Source: the human T2T-CHM13v2.0 reference genome, Homo sapiens
NCBI RefSeq assembly: GCF_009914755.1
Contig: NC_060927.1
Length of the DNA stretch: 64,000 bases
Direction: 5' to 3' (one strand)
Part shown: positions 1-17,132 of the stretch, piece by piece
Layout: each line of letters begins with the position of its first letter
Numbering within the stretch: the first letter of the stretch is position 1
Program-made: the position numbers and the translations under genes
Notes under the pieces: generated by a model
Database searches by the model: none
The model's input: the letters and a program-made list of their open reading frames with translations, nothing else
Told to the model about the DNA's origin: nothing

Positions 1-1790
1 TCCATGGTGTGGTTGTAGTATAATTTATTTAACCATTTTCCTGTTCATGCGCATTTGAGTTATATTAAATCTTTTCTTATTAAAAATATCACTGCAGTGG
101 ATAACCCTGAACATTTGTCATTTCACAAACATGCCACTATTTCTTGCATGAATTTTTAAGATAAAACATAACATTTCAGAAATGTGCTGTTTTTAGCAGT
201 CTCATTCCAGGGGTTTGAATTTATCCTTCTTTACTATCAGGGGTGTTTTGCTGGCAACATTTGAGAAGTTCTGCCATAAACTTGTTATTAAGGCCTAGTG
301 GTAGGATGATTTTTCACTTTCAGAAATAACTGCTGTGAAGTGATAGTGACAACAGTGTTACCTTGCCACCGTATGTCTCTCGAAGGTAGTATAAGAAAAC
401 TGTAAACCTGGTGGCAAATTATTTATGAGCAGAAATTATGTTGTAAAATTGTCTAGTTTTCTTGTTGGCATTTGATAGAATGAAACACTTGCAGCTATGA
501 GTTTTTGGAATAGGCCCAGTACCCTCTGACCTAAAGCCCTACAGCACCAAACTCTGATGTCTTGAAAAATATTAATAGGTGGTTTACCTAAAAAGATTTC
601 CATGATTATACAAGCTTGGAAAACACTGGGTTCCACAACATTGAACCAGTTTCTTTACTGAAGAACTCTTCAGATCCTTAAATTTGCTGGGGTAAATTGT
701 AACTTTTTAAGCCTGGATGTAGCAAGCAGCATTTCCAAAACAAGTTTGACTACTGAACTCCTCTTTCCCGCCCCCCGGGACACTCTTATTAGCATTAATG
801 TACCAAGGAGCCCTAATTGGGAAATACTACCCATGTTGGATACCATGGGCCCCATATTCAAATTAGTGGTCACAAGCATATGTGATATTTACATTTACAA
901 AAGATTCACTGAGGGAAATAAGAATAAAAGTCATTATTTAAAAATTGACCATTATGAACAGTAGATGGTGGTAATGTAACATGCAGACCAACTATTAAGA
1001 CATGTCAACATTTCCAATGGCAGCATTAATTCAAGGTCGAAAATGTCTTAATTTAATTACAGTCTACCAGTACTTTTAATTTCACCGGCTAAATTAATAA
1101 AAGGCTAAACATAGGTATTTAACAAACTTTTAATTTCTCCCTAGGAAAAGCAGAAATTGGCTGAGAAATAAATCTGAAGAAATCTTTTTATCTTCACAGA
1201 CCATTGTAACTGGCATGAGCCAGATCTGGTTTTTCTTGCCATCCATGTATTAGATTGATGTTTCCTAGCTTGTGTGTACACAAAGGTATATGTGTATTCT
1301 TTCTTTTTTAAAAGAAAAAGGCATCAATTTAACCAAACTTAACTCTCCAGTGTCCATGAGAATGGCAAAGAGCAGTTTCAGTCTGAAGCATCTGAAGCAG
1401 CCACCGCCTTTGTACTCCAGGAACTGACATTTGGGCTGAAAATAGGATGTGAATGCCAATAGCTCTATTAGAAGGGCCAATGGGATGAGAGATCAGGGTC
1501 TCTTAGAAGTTGAGAGGGATCTGAGCCACTTCCATTCTTTTGAAGTCTATTTAACTATAAGACTGTGTAACACAGGACAACAAAAATGGGATATGCTTTA
1601 AATATTTACATTTGACAAAAAATTAACATACCAAAATTCAATACAATGTGACTACACAACTGACAAGATTATTATAAATTTTAATTCCTAGTGTATTAGA
1701 CTTGGGGTGGCCCAGAAATGGGACACACATTTAAAGTTGTGGTGAACATCTTTCCAAGCTGCCAGTGTGTCTTAGGGACAGAGGGTGTAA

Positions 1791-2096
<306 letters not shown>

Positions 2097-2173
2097 GTCA
2101 ACATTTGAAGCCCCTCATAAATCTGCAGGCCTGAGAAAAAGAGACATGGGTCCTGATGCAGATGATAAATCTA

Positions 2174-2552
<379 letters not shown>

Positions 2553-3209
2553 TGAATGTACCCGGTAGATATGGAATTGCTGAAGATGGCTAAGGGAGGG
2601 GTTTTATCATTTAGGTTGATGGTTGTACCTTAGTTGGTGAAACCAAGGCTTGAAATTACCCTTCTAAGGTACAGTTGGGCAGTTTTTTCACCCTGCTTTT
2701 TCCTTTTTTCTGATCCAAGGGCGAGCTTGCTTCACCTTTCTTTCCAGATGTAGCAGAAGGACTAGCCTCAGGCAAGCAAGGCTGATGTCTTAATAAACTG
2801 TCTAGACCATGGCATCCCTGGGGCAAGAGAGCCTTGATGTCTTGCTGTGTTCCCCAGGCAGGAAGGGGGTCACTTTGATTTGAAGACCTATCTATCTCTT
2901 CAGGTCCTGCAGTAAAAAATAGAGACGCGGTTTATATCAGCCAAGTGCTTAATGCAATAGAATCATTTAGTCTGTAAAAATTAGGAAGTAGTGTTTACTA
3001 TAAGTAATGTACAATGTGAATGTCTTCATTCAGTCTTTGGTCAATGGATAGATTGCTGACAATGTCAGGCACTGTTTCAGACAGTGAACAAAACAAAGTC
3101 TCTGTTCTCAGGGAGGGGACAGTCTAGTTAGGCTTTGGAAGGAAATAGACAATAAATACAAATATATAATATACTAAAATGTGATTAAAGGCTATAGATA
3201 AAAATAAGG

Positions 3210-3507
3210 GGCCAGGCATGGTGGCTCACTCCTGTATTCTTAGCACTTTGGGAGGCTGATATGGGAGGATTGTTTGAGGCCAGGAGTGTGAGACCAGCCT
3301 GGGCAACATAGTAGGACCCCATCTCTACCAAAAACAAAATCAGGATGTGGTGGCATATGCCTGTAGTCCTAGCTACTGGGGAGGCTGAGGTGAAAGGATC
3401 ACTTGAGCCCAGAAGTTTGAGGCTACAGCAAACTATGATTGCACCACTGCGCTCCAACCCAAGCAGCAGAGTGAGACCCTGTCTTTAAAAATAATAATCG
3501 TCATGAA
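3210..3507 (+). mobile_element. Alu SINE (AluJ-like)
   Basis: Alu body; TSD ATAAAAATAAGG at 3198-3209 and 3508-3519. Confidence 0.93.
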
Positions 3508-4625
3508 ATAAAAATAAGGAAAGAGGATAAGGAGTGTTGAGTGTATATCTGGTAAATGCTACTTGGTAGTTCATATTACGTTTGGTATTAAACAGCAGTA
3601 AATATTTAGTCTGACAAAAACACCCAAAATGAAAGATCATTGGAAGAGATTTTGGAGCAAAATTTACCACTAAAGCTCTTGTTTTTCCAGTAGCAGGATA
3701 CAGTATTCTTACTTATGTTTATGTTTCTGTGTCTGGGCAATAGTGCAAAGAGACCAAGTATACTGTGTGTTAATCAGTTCCCTTTTTCTGGAGAGTTGGA
3801 ACCATTTTACAGGGGAGTAAGGCATGAATGAGGGTGGGGAGAAGGGGTACTTGGGTTTTCTTCCGAAGGGCTTCATTTTACTGCCTTGAGATCAGTGAAG
3901 ACTTTCACTTTCAGGTCTCTGGGCTGGTTCTGTCTGTCTCTGCCTCATTGTGTGTTTCTGCTCTGCTGAAGAGATTTCACACTGGAATGAATGGGCGCTA
4001 TGGAATTGGAATAGAGAGATCTAGATGGTTGCCCCATCTCTCCCCTTGTAGACATGGTCTCCTTGCCTATGTTAGGAGTTAGGTGTTTTCAGAGAGACTG
4101 TGTTTTCCAGATTTCAGCTTCATGCAGTGCCTGAAGATATTTTATTCCTCTAGCAAGGGTCAGGACACTCACTGTGTTTTTCCCTTATCATGGTTAGATA
4201 TGAAGGACCTCAGGGAAATCATCCACTTGGGGCCGAAAAGCATCCAGACACTCTCATTTTGGTTTCTCCTGGGGAGCTCATGGTTCTGATGTTCAGTGAC
4301 TAGTGTTTATTCTTAACAGTGTTACCCCAAGATCAGAGTGCCTTCTTTCAGAAGATATGCTACATGTTCTAGTGAGAGAAACACACAATGTTTGAAACTC
4401 CCTGTGTCATATCCCTATTGGTCAGAAATCATTGCCAGCTTGTTCTCTATGGTTCTAGTGGAGAACAGAGAGAAACTTGCTCTGTGCATCCTGATGTACA
4501 GTTGTGTCATCAAGGGCCTCCCATTTCTGCCTTGAGAGAAGATAACAAAGGGGGTCAAAGCAGATGCCCTCTATGTCTATAGGGATGCAGCCACAGGGGC
4601 AAGCCCTCCTGTCCTGGGCTTCCAG

Positions 4626-6249
<1,624 letters not shown>

Positions 6250-6379
6250 TTAGAGTTGCTTGGACATTGAGGAATCTCCCCTTTAGGCTGAGGACTAAAA
6301 GAAAGCTGTGGGTGTAATATCTAGATACTGCATGTCATTGTATTTTATGTAAATACAACCCATTGACTTATCTTCATCT

Positions 6380-6480
6380 CTTTATGCCTCAAGATATCAC
6401 AGTTCCCTTAAGAGATTCATACTACAGTCAACTTTATGCCTCAAGATATCACAGTTCCCTTAAGAGATTCATAATACAGT
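6380..6480. repeat. Local tandem duplication, 49 bp unit, 52 bp period
   Basis: CTTTATGCCTCAAGATATCACAGTTCCCTTAAGAGATTCATA(C/A)TACAGT at 6380-6428 and 6432-6480, one mismatch. Confidence 0.95.
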
Positions 6481-7680
6481 ATAGACAAGAGAGGGAAATC
6501 AGCCCTAATTTTAGCTGCTAAGATAGTCATACCTATTAGCTCTCCCATCCTCACAGACAAGTCTGTCTGGGTAACAGGAATTATCCCTGGTTACAACTGA
6601 GGTAACTGAGAAGAGGCAACTGGCCCAAATGGAAGTAAAATTTCATAAAGCTAATAATACTTCTATTCCAGAAAATTTCCATTTTCCGTATTAACAATAG
6701 TGTAACTTTTTCTTTTGAAAAAATTAAGTACTTCAAAAGCATCTTTTCATTTGGTTTTATAGTAGTTCTATCAGGAGCCTTCAAAAGAAAGATTAAAAAA
6801 ATTGTTAATACAAGGTGTAACTGATCTGTGGTTCAGGAGAACCGTTAATGAACAATGAAAATACATTTGAAATTATGTTATGGAGAAGTATCAGTCTTCT
6901 TGGTTCCCCTGAAAATATGTTTTAGCTAATCAAAACTACTATGAATTTTATTTTGAGGTACTTTTATCTGGAGCTGGAGAATAGAATACAGAAAGAAATT
7001 GTATATGGTAATAGTAGCATGGTGTATGCATATGCCCAAACCCATCAAATTGTATACATTAAGTGTGCAGGTTTTTTGGTATATAAATTATATCTCAATA
7101 AAGTTGTTATAAAGAGGAGAAATATGTACATTAATTTTTGTGTTTTACACATATTTTTGATGTTACTGTAAAACTATTATGACTTAATATTCATATTTTC
7201 CTGAACTTTAGAAATGTAACCCATAACAAATAAAACCTGGTTTTGAACATGTAACAAAAGTCCCATCAGAGGCACACCATTCATTGATGCCCTTTAAATG
7301 TACAGATATGTGCATTTAATTATTCCATATAGCCCTTTCAAGAAGCCAAATTAAGCTCCATCTACATAGTGTGAAGTATATGCGTTTAATGGACTTGTAT
7401 CAAAGTATGCACACAATTGACTCCCATTTGCATTGACAGATGATGTTTTAGTTCTTTTAAGTGTTTCTGTAGCCTCCTTGACTTCCCCATCTGCAACCAC
7501 CATCTTGCACCTCTTTCAGAGAACTTACTGTATTGACAGACACATAGAGGGTTGACAGAACTGAGCCCTGCCTCACTTAATGGAATATGTAAAAGCAAAG
7601 TTGATCCAGTGACCAAGAATGAGGTTGGTTAGTTTAGCAAGAGTCAGTTATAAATAGGTTGTATGCTTGACTAACACAGA

Positions 7681-7858
7681 CAGGACCAGCTATATAATTT
7701 GTGGGGCACAGTACAAAGTGAAAAATGCATAGTCCCTTGTTAAAAAATTATTAAGAATTTCAAGCCAGTGATAGCAGAGCATTAATCCAAGTGTGAGTCT
7801 CTTTTAAGCACTGGGCCCTATGTGACTGCACAGGTACTATGCCAATTCTATGGCCTTG
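7681..7858. mobile_element. MER91A-like hAT (Tip100) non-autonomous DNA transposon
   Basis: CAGGACCAGCTATATAATTTGTGGGGCACAG...AAAAATTATTAAGAATTTCAAG...GGGCCCTATGTGACTGCACAGG resembles the MER91A consensus as I recall it. Confidence 0.7.
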
Positions 7859-8449
7859 AACACAGAATATTATGGATATTGTCATGGGGAAGGAGGGCAG
7901 TTAAAGTGTCCCCTGTTAAAAGACAGATGTATGACATAGTTCAGTAGCAATCAGAATAATTGAACTATTTTGGCTCTAAGGGTCTAAAAACAATGAGCAA
8001 GGGTGAAGTTATCTCATTTGAGCAGATCTGTATAACCTCACATGGAGTTTTAAACATAAAGGTATTGGAGGCCATTTTTAGTGAGAGAAAATATGCTTGG
8101 TCTTGCCCTTGTTAACTGGCTCTGGTTGCTTTTTTCATCGAGGCAATTTATCTAGCCTTCTAATAATTCAATCCAAGTTTATCTGGCAAAACATTCTCTG
8201 GATTGAAGGATGATGGATTAAGTATAGGTGTGTTTCACATTCACTCTACTTACTTTCCCAAGTTTTCCTGATCCTAAGCTTACATCTGTAGTTTTGATCT
8301 TTCATCCATTTTTTTAATCTCATATTTTCAGAGATCTAAAAGGAATTTCCACTTGAGTATCTAGGCAGTGTCCAAAATTTAGCAAATCAAATGGAAAATA
8401 TCCTTTTCTTGGGTAGATATCATTCATAATTCTGAAGACTGGTAAACAG

Positions 8450-8725
8450 TATCACATGTGACTGTCTTCTCTTTGCCCAGATTGTTTTCCAAAGTGGCTG
8501 TACCATTTTGCATTCCCACCAGCAGTGTATGAGGGTTTTAATTTCTCTTCATCCTCACTGATACTTATCATTTGTCCTTTTGATTCTAGCTTTCCTAGTA
8601 TGTAGTATGTGTAAAGTGGTCTCCTTGTGGTTTTGATGTGCATATCCCTGATAACTAAAGAGACTGAGTAGTTTTTAATGTGCTTATTGGCCATGTGTAT
8701 ATCTTCCTTGGAGAACTGTATTTGT
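8450..8725 (-). mobile_element. Old L1M ORF2 3' fragment
   Basis: Translation FSKEDIHMANKHIK...LVIRDMHIKTT is decayed L1 ORF2. Confidence 0.8.
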
Positions 8726-10771
8726 TTGTTTTTATATTCCCAGTCCCCCATCCAGAACTGGGCATACTGTAGGGACTCAAAAATGAAAGTCATAAATCAC
8801 TTGTAGCAGAATCACCTACAGCTCCGAGAACTCAGCTGAAACCTGCTATAGATCAAACTTTCCACACTTAGGCCTAGAGATCTACATTTAAACAAGATCC
8901 TGGGGGTCCTGTTTCACTCTGAAGTTTGAGTAGCATTGCCTTAACTAAAGATTTTTTAAACATCTGAAGAGCTTCAGTATATTCAGAGGTAAACATGATC
9001 TATGCTGTTCTAGACTGCAGAAGTGGGACTAGCAGACAAGAATCACAGGCAGGAGCACATTGCCTCATTAAGTGGTGTCAAGTTGAGTTTAGCTGGCCCA
9101 TCTGCCACAGAAGGAAGTCTTGCATTGGGTAGAATGTAGGGCAGGTAGGGCAGGATGTAGTCTTTCTGGGGATGTTATGCTATTTCTATACCTGGTAGAC
9201 CCCATCTAATTTTTATTCTGCCTTATGATCAGATAGTGTATCTCGGTGTTGGCTATATATAAAATGACAAAGTCTCTTCTCAAGGACAGTGTGTACTTTT
9301 TTCCTACTTCTGTTTCATTTCCCTACTCTTGCTTTTCTCTGAGAAAGGGAAAACAAGATTTCACCAGTTCTACACAAAGTAATTTACTTTAAAGACTGCT
9401 AATACATATGTATCCTCCTTTCTGTTATCTTATCAGGTCTCTCGGATCCAAGCAACAAAATAAGACTTAGCATATTGACCGGAGCCCAAAAGGAATTTAT
9501 TATAAATTTAATGGGTGGGTCACAGATTCACCAAGGATTTCTGGAGGGCCAGACTAAGGACAACCTCCCTGCCATCACTGGTGCTGGGGCCCATGGCACT
9601 GCTGCCTAGGAACTCCATCGTGCTGCCTCTGCTACCACCACAGTGGCCTTCTTGAGGCCCCTCATTCTTGATGTCATCAGCACCCAATTCTGAGTCCAGG
9701 GCATCAGACTGTAGCGTACACCATGTTCAATCAAAAGATAACTGAGTTGATAACGAATGAATTCAATGGGCACTAGTAACAGTAGGCACCAAAGAGCAAG
9801 TAAAACAAGTAAAAAACAAACAACAAATAAAACCCAAAACCCTCCTCTAGGAGCTTACATTTTAGGGGAAGAGCTGAGGCACACAAAACTTGTTAGGCAA
9901 CAACATTCCCTATACCAAGGAACACGATTTAGGGTGACAGAACATGTGTGTAGCAGTATAACTACAGTGTTGTGGAGTAATTTTCATATTGTTGTGTAAC
10001 TTGGGAATAGATGTACATGGCAGCTCCTATTTTCCCTGGAACTCTGATCACCAAACAAGGTATTCAACCTTGTGATCTGAACCGGAGAACCTTCCAGGTT
10101 AAAGGCTAAAAATGCCTTTGCAGACTTTCTCTCCTCTGCTGCCCTCTCATTACTGTAGCCTGACTTTTTAAGAAACCAACTTTGTTGAAGAATAATTTAT
10201 AGACAATAAAAGATACCCATTTGAAATACACATTTCTAATAGTTTTGACAAATTTGCACACTGTGGTAGCCACCACCAGAAATAAAATATAGAACATTCC
10301 TACACCCTTAAAAAGTTATCTTGTGCTCCTTCTAATCTTCCTCCACCCCAAACCCAGGCAAATACTGATATGCTTCTGTGACTATAGGTAAGTCTTTTCT
10401 AGCGTTTTGAATAAACAGAACCATGTGGTATGGACTGTTTTCGTCTGGCTTCCTTCACTCAGCATTGTGTTTTAGAGATTTAGCACCACAGCCTGATTAA
10501 ACAAGTCGTGGTGCTAGTAGAGATGTGACTCCACAGCTCTGACTGTCAAGGAGGAAAGGAACCACCACATCATCTCCTCTATTCTGGCCAGTTCCAGGCT
10601 CCAACCGATCCCCACTAATGCTGTAGTAGGAGACTCAGGCATTCACTGTAATCAACTACATAAAGCTAGGCAAGAGAAATGGAAGTAAAGGGATCTCAGG
10701 GCAGTGTTGGCCCAGCTGATGAAGATAATCTCTCAACAGAATCAGAGAATCTTAGGTATGAATGAAGTTTT

Positions 10772-11080
<309 letters not shown>

Positions 11081-11539
11081 TGAATGGAGCTTTTACGTCA
11101 TCTAACCCAAGCCCCTTACTCTGTGGTTAATTAAGATAATTCAGCAGAGTATTTTTCATTCCAGGACCATCTTCTCTATGCCCTGAATTCTGAGTCTTGA
11201 ATACAAGACAACTCTTGGAGGGCAACTGTCCTTTTTCTCAGATGTAGTAGAAAGGAAGGGGACAGAGTGGGAAACAGAAGCAAGAAAAAGGATACAGAGA
11301 TAGGATCATGAATAGAGGAGGTGGATGGGTCAGGTTTGGGAATAATGATTAATACAGTCCCGATAGATAGGGTCCAGTTGATAGAATACCTTGAACTGGA
11401 GGCTTAATAAGTTTTGTCTGATGGGGAATACAAGAGAAGATCTTTAGCAAGAGAGTGACATAAAAGTAGTATTTGAAAAATGATTATCCTTGAGCTTGAG
11501 GAAATCATAGAGTAACTCACCAGCCAGGAAATTTACTAC

Positions 11540-12500
11540 AAGTGTAAAATTACCCGTATGACCTAGCAATTCCATTCCTAGGTACATACCCAAAAGACAT
11601 AAAAACATATATCCACTCAAAACCTTGTACACAAATGTTTACAGCAGCATTATTCATAATAACCAAAAGGTAGAAACAACCCAAGTGTCCATCAACTGAT
11701 AAATGGATAAACAAAATATGGTATATCCATACAATAGAATATTATTTAGCCATGAGAAGCCATGAAATACTGATACATGCTACAGTCTGGATAAACCTTG
11801 AAAACAATATGCTAAGTGGAAGAAGACAGTCACAAAAGACTACATATTCTATGATTCAACTTATATGAAATATCAAGCAGGCAAACCCACAGAAAGAAAA
11901 GTGGTTGCCAGGGGCTATGGAGAGTGGGGATGGGTAGTGATTGCTGATGGATAAGGGATTTCTTTGGGGACTGTGTTAGTTTTCCAGGGCTGCCATAATG
12001 AAATGCCACAGACTAGGTGGTTTGAATAACAGAAATTTATTTTCTCATGTTCTGGAGGCCGAAAGTCCAAGAATAAGGTGCCAGCAGGGTGATTTTTTTC
12101 TGAGGCTGCTCTCCTTGGCTTGTAGATGGCCACCTCCTTGCTCTGTTTTCACATGGCCTTTCTGTGTTTGTGCAAGCGTGTCCCTGGTCTCTCCCTCTCC
12201 TTATAAGAACAACACTTATATAGGATTAGGGCCCACTCTGCTGGCCTCATTTTAACTTAATCGACTCTTTCAAGACCTTATCTCCAAATACAGTTACATT
12301 CTGAGGCACTGGGGGTTGAGACCAACATATGAATTTTAGGGGGACACAATTCAATCCATAATAAGGATAATAAAGGGTTCTAAAATTAGACAGTGTTGAT
12401 GGTTGCAGACCTCTGGGGATATACTAAAAGCTACTGAATTGTACACTTGAAAAGAGTGAATTTAATGGTACATGAATTATGTCTCAATAAAACTGTTAGT
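11540..12500 (+). mobile_element. Old L1MB/ME 3' end, interrupted by an MLT1 LTR
   Basis: ATGACCTAGCAATTCCATTCCTAGG...CAACCCAAGTGTCCATCAACTGATAAATGG; the L1 resumes after 12363 and runs to TCAATAAAACTGTT. Confidence 0.85.
11972..12363 (-). mobile_element. MLT1A/B-type MaLR solo LTR
   Basis: TGTGTTAGTTTTCCAGGGCTGCCATAA ... GGGGGACACAATTCAATCCATAA termini typical of MLT1. Confidence 0.85.
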
Positions 12501-13189
12501 AACAAAAAATAAAAACTAAACTGGACATAGCTCTTGCCTTCAAAGAGCTTATGGACCAGTCAGGCAAACAAGAATGTAAATAGGCATTTTCAACCCCTTG
12601 CAGGGCATGCTAGATGGAGATGTGCTTATTCTATTTTTATAGAGTAGAGAAGACATTCTGGAAGAGTGAACGTTGGAGCCAAACTTACAGAATGAATATA
12701 AATCTGGCAGAGAAAAGGTAGAGACAGTGTGTCCCAGACAGCGGAATAGCATAAGTGAAGGCACAAAGGCATGAAAACCCTGGCATGTACAAGGAAGGAA
12801 CTTTACAACACAGTTATCATGCCCTTGCTAGTCTGCTTTCTCTTGTTATTATTAAAATTTAAATGCTGGATAAAGATTACATTAACAATGAGTAGAAAGA
12901 GCTTTGGTCTTAAAGTCAGACCTCCTGCATTTATATCTCAGTCTTTCCACTTACTTTGGACAATTACCTAAACTACCAGTCTCAGTTTTCTTATCTGTAA
13001 AATGGGGAAAATAAGGATGATTCTATATGGTTGTAAGTCTTAAATGAATGACAAGGAAAACATTCCTAGCACATTTTCACAAGTTATTCCTTGAAATACA
13101 TTAGCTCTGTCCATCTCCTTGTTTCTCTGACTATTCCTTGGATAACTTGGTTTTAAGACCCCTCAACATCTTAAAATCATTCCTTGAAC

Positions 13190-14130
13190 TAACTTTGGTG
13201 ACCATATTCCCCTTGAAATGAGGCCTGAACACCAGGGGTATGATGGAACCAAGTGTAATGATACTAAAATCTTTCATACATTTCAAAATCAGCCTGGAAT
13301 ATTGGCTCTTTTAGCAGTCACATACTGTTTCATATTGAATTGGGGTGGTGGGGGAGGAAGTATTCCCCTTCCCACATACTTTCCCCAGAGTTTTTATAGA
13401 TGAGCTGTTCTGCTGTTAAGTCAGGTGTCACTCATCTTAGATTTGAGGATTTGATTTTCCTGACTCTAACTATAAACTTCAGGTTTTAGTTTGCAAAATT
13501 TAGTCTTGGTGATTTCCAGCTCGTGTTTCAGCTTCTTCAGTCATTTTGAAAAGGTGAATTTCCCTTATGCCTATTGATTATGCTGTCTGGCTTTGTGTCT
13601 TCTACAAACTTGGTAAATGTGTCCTTTTAGATTTTCATCCAAGTCATTAATAAAATGTAAGTGAGGATATTGTTAGGGATCTCAATGGCATTAGGAAGTA
13701 CCACCTGAAAAATGGCCTAAGACACAAGAGTCCAGCATATTTGGTCTGCTTGTTTGACCAGCTATGAATCCACAAGAAGACTGCATTTCTCCTGTATGAA
13801 AAGGATATCACAGACTCATCTCTTTGACATGTTAACATGGTTTTATCAGATGGGCTGAAATCATGATATACCACAACTAATTGCTTCTCTGTGATCTACC
13901 AATCAACCCTCCACAGAAAGAAATTAGGTTAATTTGGCATATTCTCCATAAGCCCATGTGAGCTCCTGCTGGCCGCTGCTTTATATTTTAAATTCTCACA
14001 AGCCATCTGTTTAATCATCAGTTCTTCAATATTGCCAGCGATTTGTGTCAGGATTATTGCTGTAAAATTTTTGAAAAATACTGCTCATAAAAATTGGAAC
14101 ATGTACATGTGCCTTGGGGACAGGGAGGGC
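13190..14130 (-). mobile_element. Ancient L3/CR1 LINE relic
   Basis: Degenerate CR1-like motifs (GTGTCTTCTACAAACTTGGTAAATG...TTCATCCAAGTCATTAATAAAATG); boundaries approximate. Confidence 0.5.
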
Positions 14131-14303
14131 AGGAGGGCACCTCTCCCTTTTTTTTCCGGATTATTCAGACTATCAACCTTGTGCAGAGATGTATTTTTGA
14201 GTTGTGTTCTTGTTGTGAAGCTCATTGGACTTTGACTTCATAAACTCAGAAGGCAGCATCCCATAGGGGTGAGATAGTTAGATGCCCGGGATTTGGAAGT
14301 GGG

Positions 14304-14674
<371 letters not shown>

Positions 14675-15984
14675 TCACTTAACAGACTCTGTGTCTTAAT
14701 CTCTCTGTGTCTTAGTTTCTTTATTTCAAGAGGATTTTAATAGTTTCCTAGCACAGTACATGGTGCCAAATAACTGTCTCATGTATGGCGCTTACTATTG
14801 CCATAATCATCACCAGTATCACTATTTTAGTGGGTAGAGGTTTTCTCATGATTATCTCATATCTTGGTCTTTGATTACCTCTTTAGGATATTGATTTCAT
14901 CCTTTTAAGGTGCATGACAGTTTCTTATAGCTTTTAATTATTTGTCTCTGCTCTGCCACTGGATTGCAAAGTCCTTGAAGGCAGAGGCTGTGCCTGTGAC
15001 AAGTAAAGTACCTTCCACAGATCAGGTGCCCCATACACGTGCACTGAATTTAGAAACTGGAATTAAGGTAATAGTTGAGAAGCTTTTCTTAAGTTAGACA
15101 TCAAAGTGCATTATTTCATATGTAAGTTGGAATTCTGTTTCTGAATGAATTCTATTCAATAGAACCACTGATGTTCTCCTTGGGAAACATCTTCACTGTT
15201 ATGTGACTAAAATTAAAACTGGCTTATGACACTCAGGATCCAAAGATTGAAATACCCCTCGTAATAGGCAAGAATTGTATCACATTACCATCAACAACAG
15301 CAATAGTACTAATAGTAATAATAAAAATACCTTTCAAGAAGTTTGGAATTAAATTTGAAGCTCAATCATAGCAATAATTTCTGGCCAGCATATTTGTGTT
15401 CTTTTCCCTATTTGTGTTCTATTCTTGCTGGTCTTAATTTTTTGTTGTATTATGTAAGTTATGTCAAATTGTCTGTGAAATGAGGCTGAGTATAAATACA
15501 TTAAGGTAATAAATTATGTAATAAGAGATGTTCAAAGGGTCATTGGGCAGCTGTACTTTATCATTACTGGGAACAGAACAAGAAGAAACCAGTGCAAACT
15601 ATAGTTTAAAGAATTTGGGTTAAAATGTAAGGAAGATTTTCTTCATAGTATTTTAAAACGGACGGTTTTGGGGTCATATCAGTGTTGGCTGTGGAATCTT
15701 CTCAGGAGGGCATGTAGTCCACTCTTGCGGCCTCTCTGAGTTCCAGTGTTCTCATCTGTAAGATGATGAAGCTGGACTAGCAGCTGTTCCCAGTTCTTTG
15801 TTTTCAAATGAGATTTCAAGGTTGCTGGGAAGGAGGGGTGAGTAGGTTGGGGGATGGAGGGGGACACAGTCCCTGTCTGTTGGTCTGCTCTTCAAATCCA
15901 CCCTCTGTCCCAAGCCTCTAGAGAACACTGGGGCTCTTCAACACTTTTAGCCCTGGCAGTCTTCCAGACCCCTGCCTGTTCTCA

Positions 15985-16152
15985 GCCTTGCTACTCAAAG
16001 TATGGTCCCTGGACAAGCAGCTGCAGCCATCACCTGAGACCTGAGAAATGTAGGCTCTCAGGCCCCACTCTAGAGCTGCTGAACCAGAAGCAGCATTTGA
16101 ACAGATCCTGTGGTGATTTGTATGCACAATAAAATTCAAGAAGCACTGCTCT
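15985..16152. mobile_element. MER5A-like hAT-Charlie MITE
   Basis: GCTACTCAAAGTATGGTCCCTGGAC...AATTCAAGAAGCACTGCT; similar copies at ~30753-30945, ~32487-32660 and ~36921-37101. Confidence 0.75.
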
Positions 16153-17132
16153 AAGACCCTGTGTCCCTTCTTTGTATTCAAGTATCACACTTTTTGATTC
16201 TAATGTTTTCCTTTGATCATATTAACATGAAAATATTTTGACTTATTCTCAGATTCCAGAATCTCTAGAAACAAAACTCATAGAAAACCACGCCCAAGCT
16301 TCTTTTTTTTAGTGTCCCTTACTCAACATTATGTCCTGAGGAGGATGTCTCTGCTGCAGAGCTCCTGTAGACAACTTGGGCAGGCGGGAGAAACCACACA
16401 GCATCTCTGTGACTGTAGCAAGTGCTTTGTGACTTTGTGTGTGTTACAAATCAATGACTAAATCCATAAGCTGTCATTCAGGGAAACTAGATCCTTCCTA
16501 GTAGTAGATTCTCCTTTGATCTGTCTTGGTAGGTTATGCCCTGACTTTTTAGGTGCACAAAAATAGACTTTTATTTGGGTATAAGCACAACTCAGCAAAA
16601 ATATAAGACCCAGAATCAGTGTTTAAACCCTCTAAGGGAAGTATGCTTATACAGAGTTTCATTTTCTTCCCTTTCCATCTCAAACTTAAATGCAGTAACA
16701 ACTGGCTTTATCCTATAGTTAAAAAGTTGTAGCTCAAGCCTGCATATTACACTTGCCATGATGATGAAATAGAGATTGAAATTTAGAATTATAAACTTTT
16801 GCTATTTTGGCTGTCTTACTGTTAAGACAGCCAAACCACTGCTATTATAAACAAGGTTAAAGAACTTTATTTCATTAAAACCCTAGATTTTTTTATTTTT
16901 TATTTTTAGTTTATTAGTTTAAACAACTTCTTGCCTAGATTATAATTTAATTTTACTTTAAACAGTGTTTATCTTTTCTCATTTTTACCTACTCAAGGAA
17001 ATGGAGCTAATCAGCTTTTGTTGCTTCTTAAAACTCAATTTGTTACTGTATCTTGATTTTATTGTCATCTGATTGTCTCATTGAAATCTGCAATTCTTGT
17101 ATTTTTCTGTAATATTCAAAATACAAACCTGG

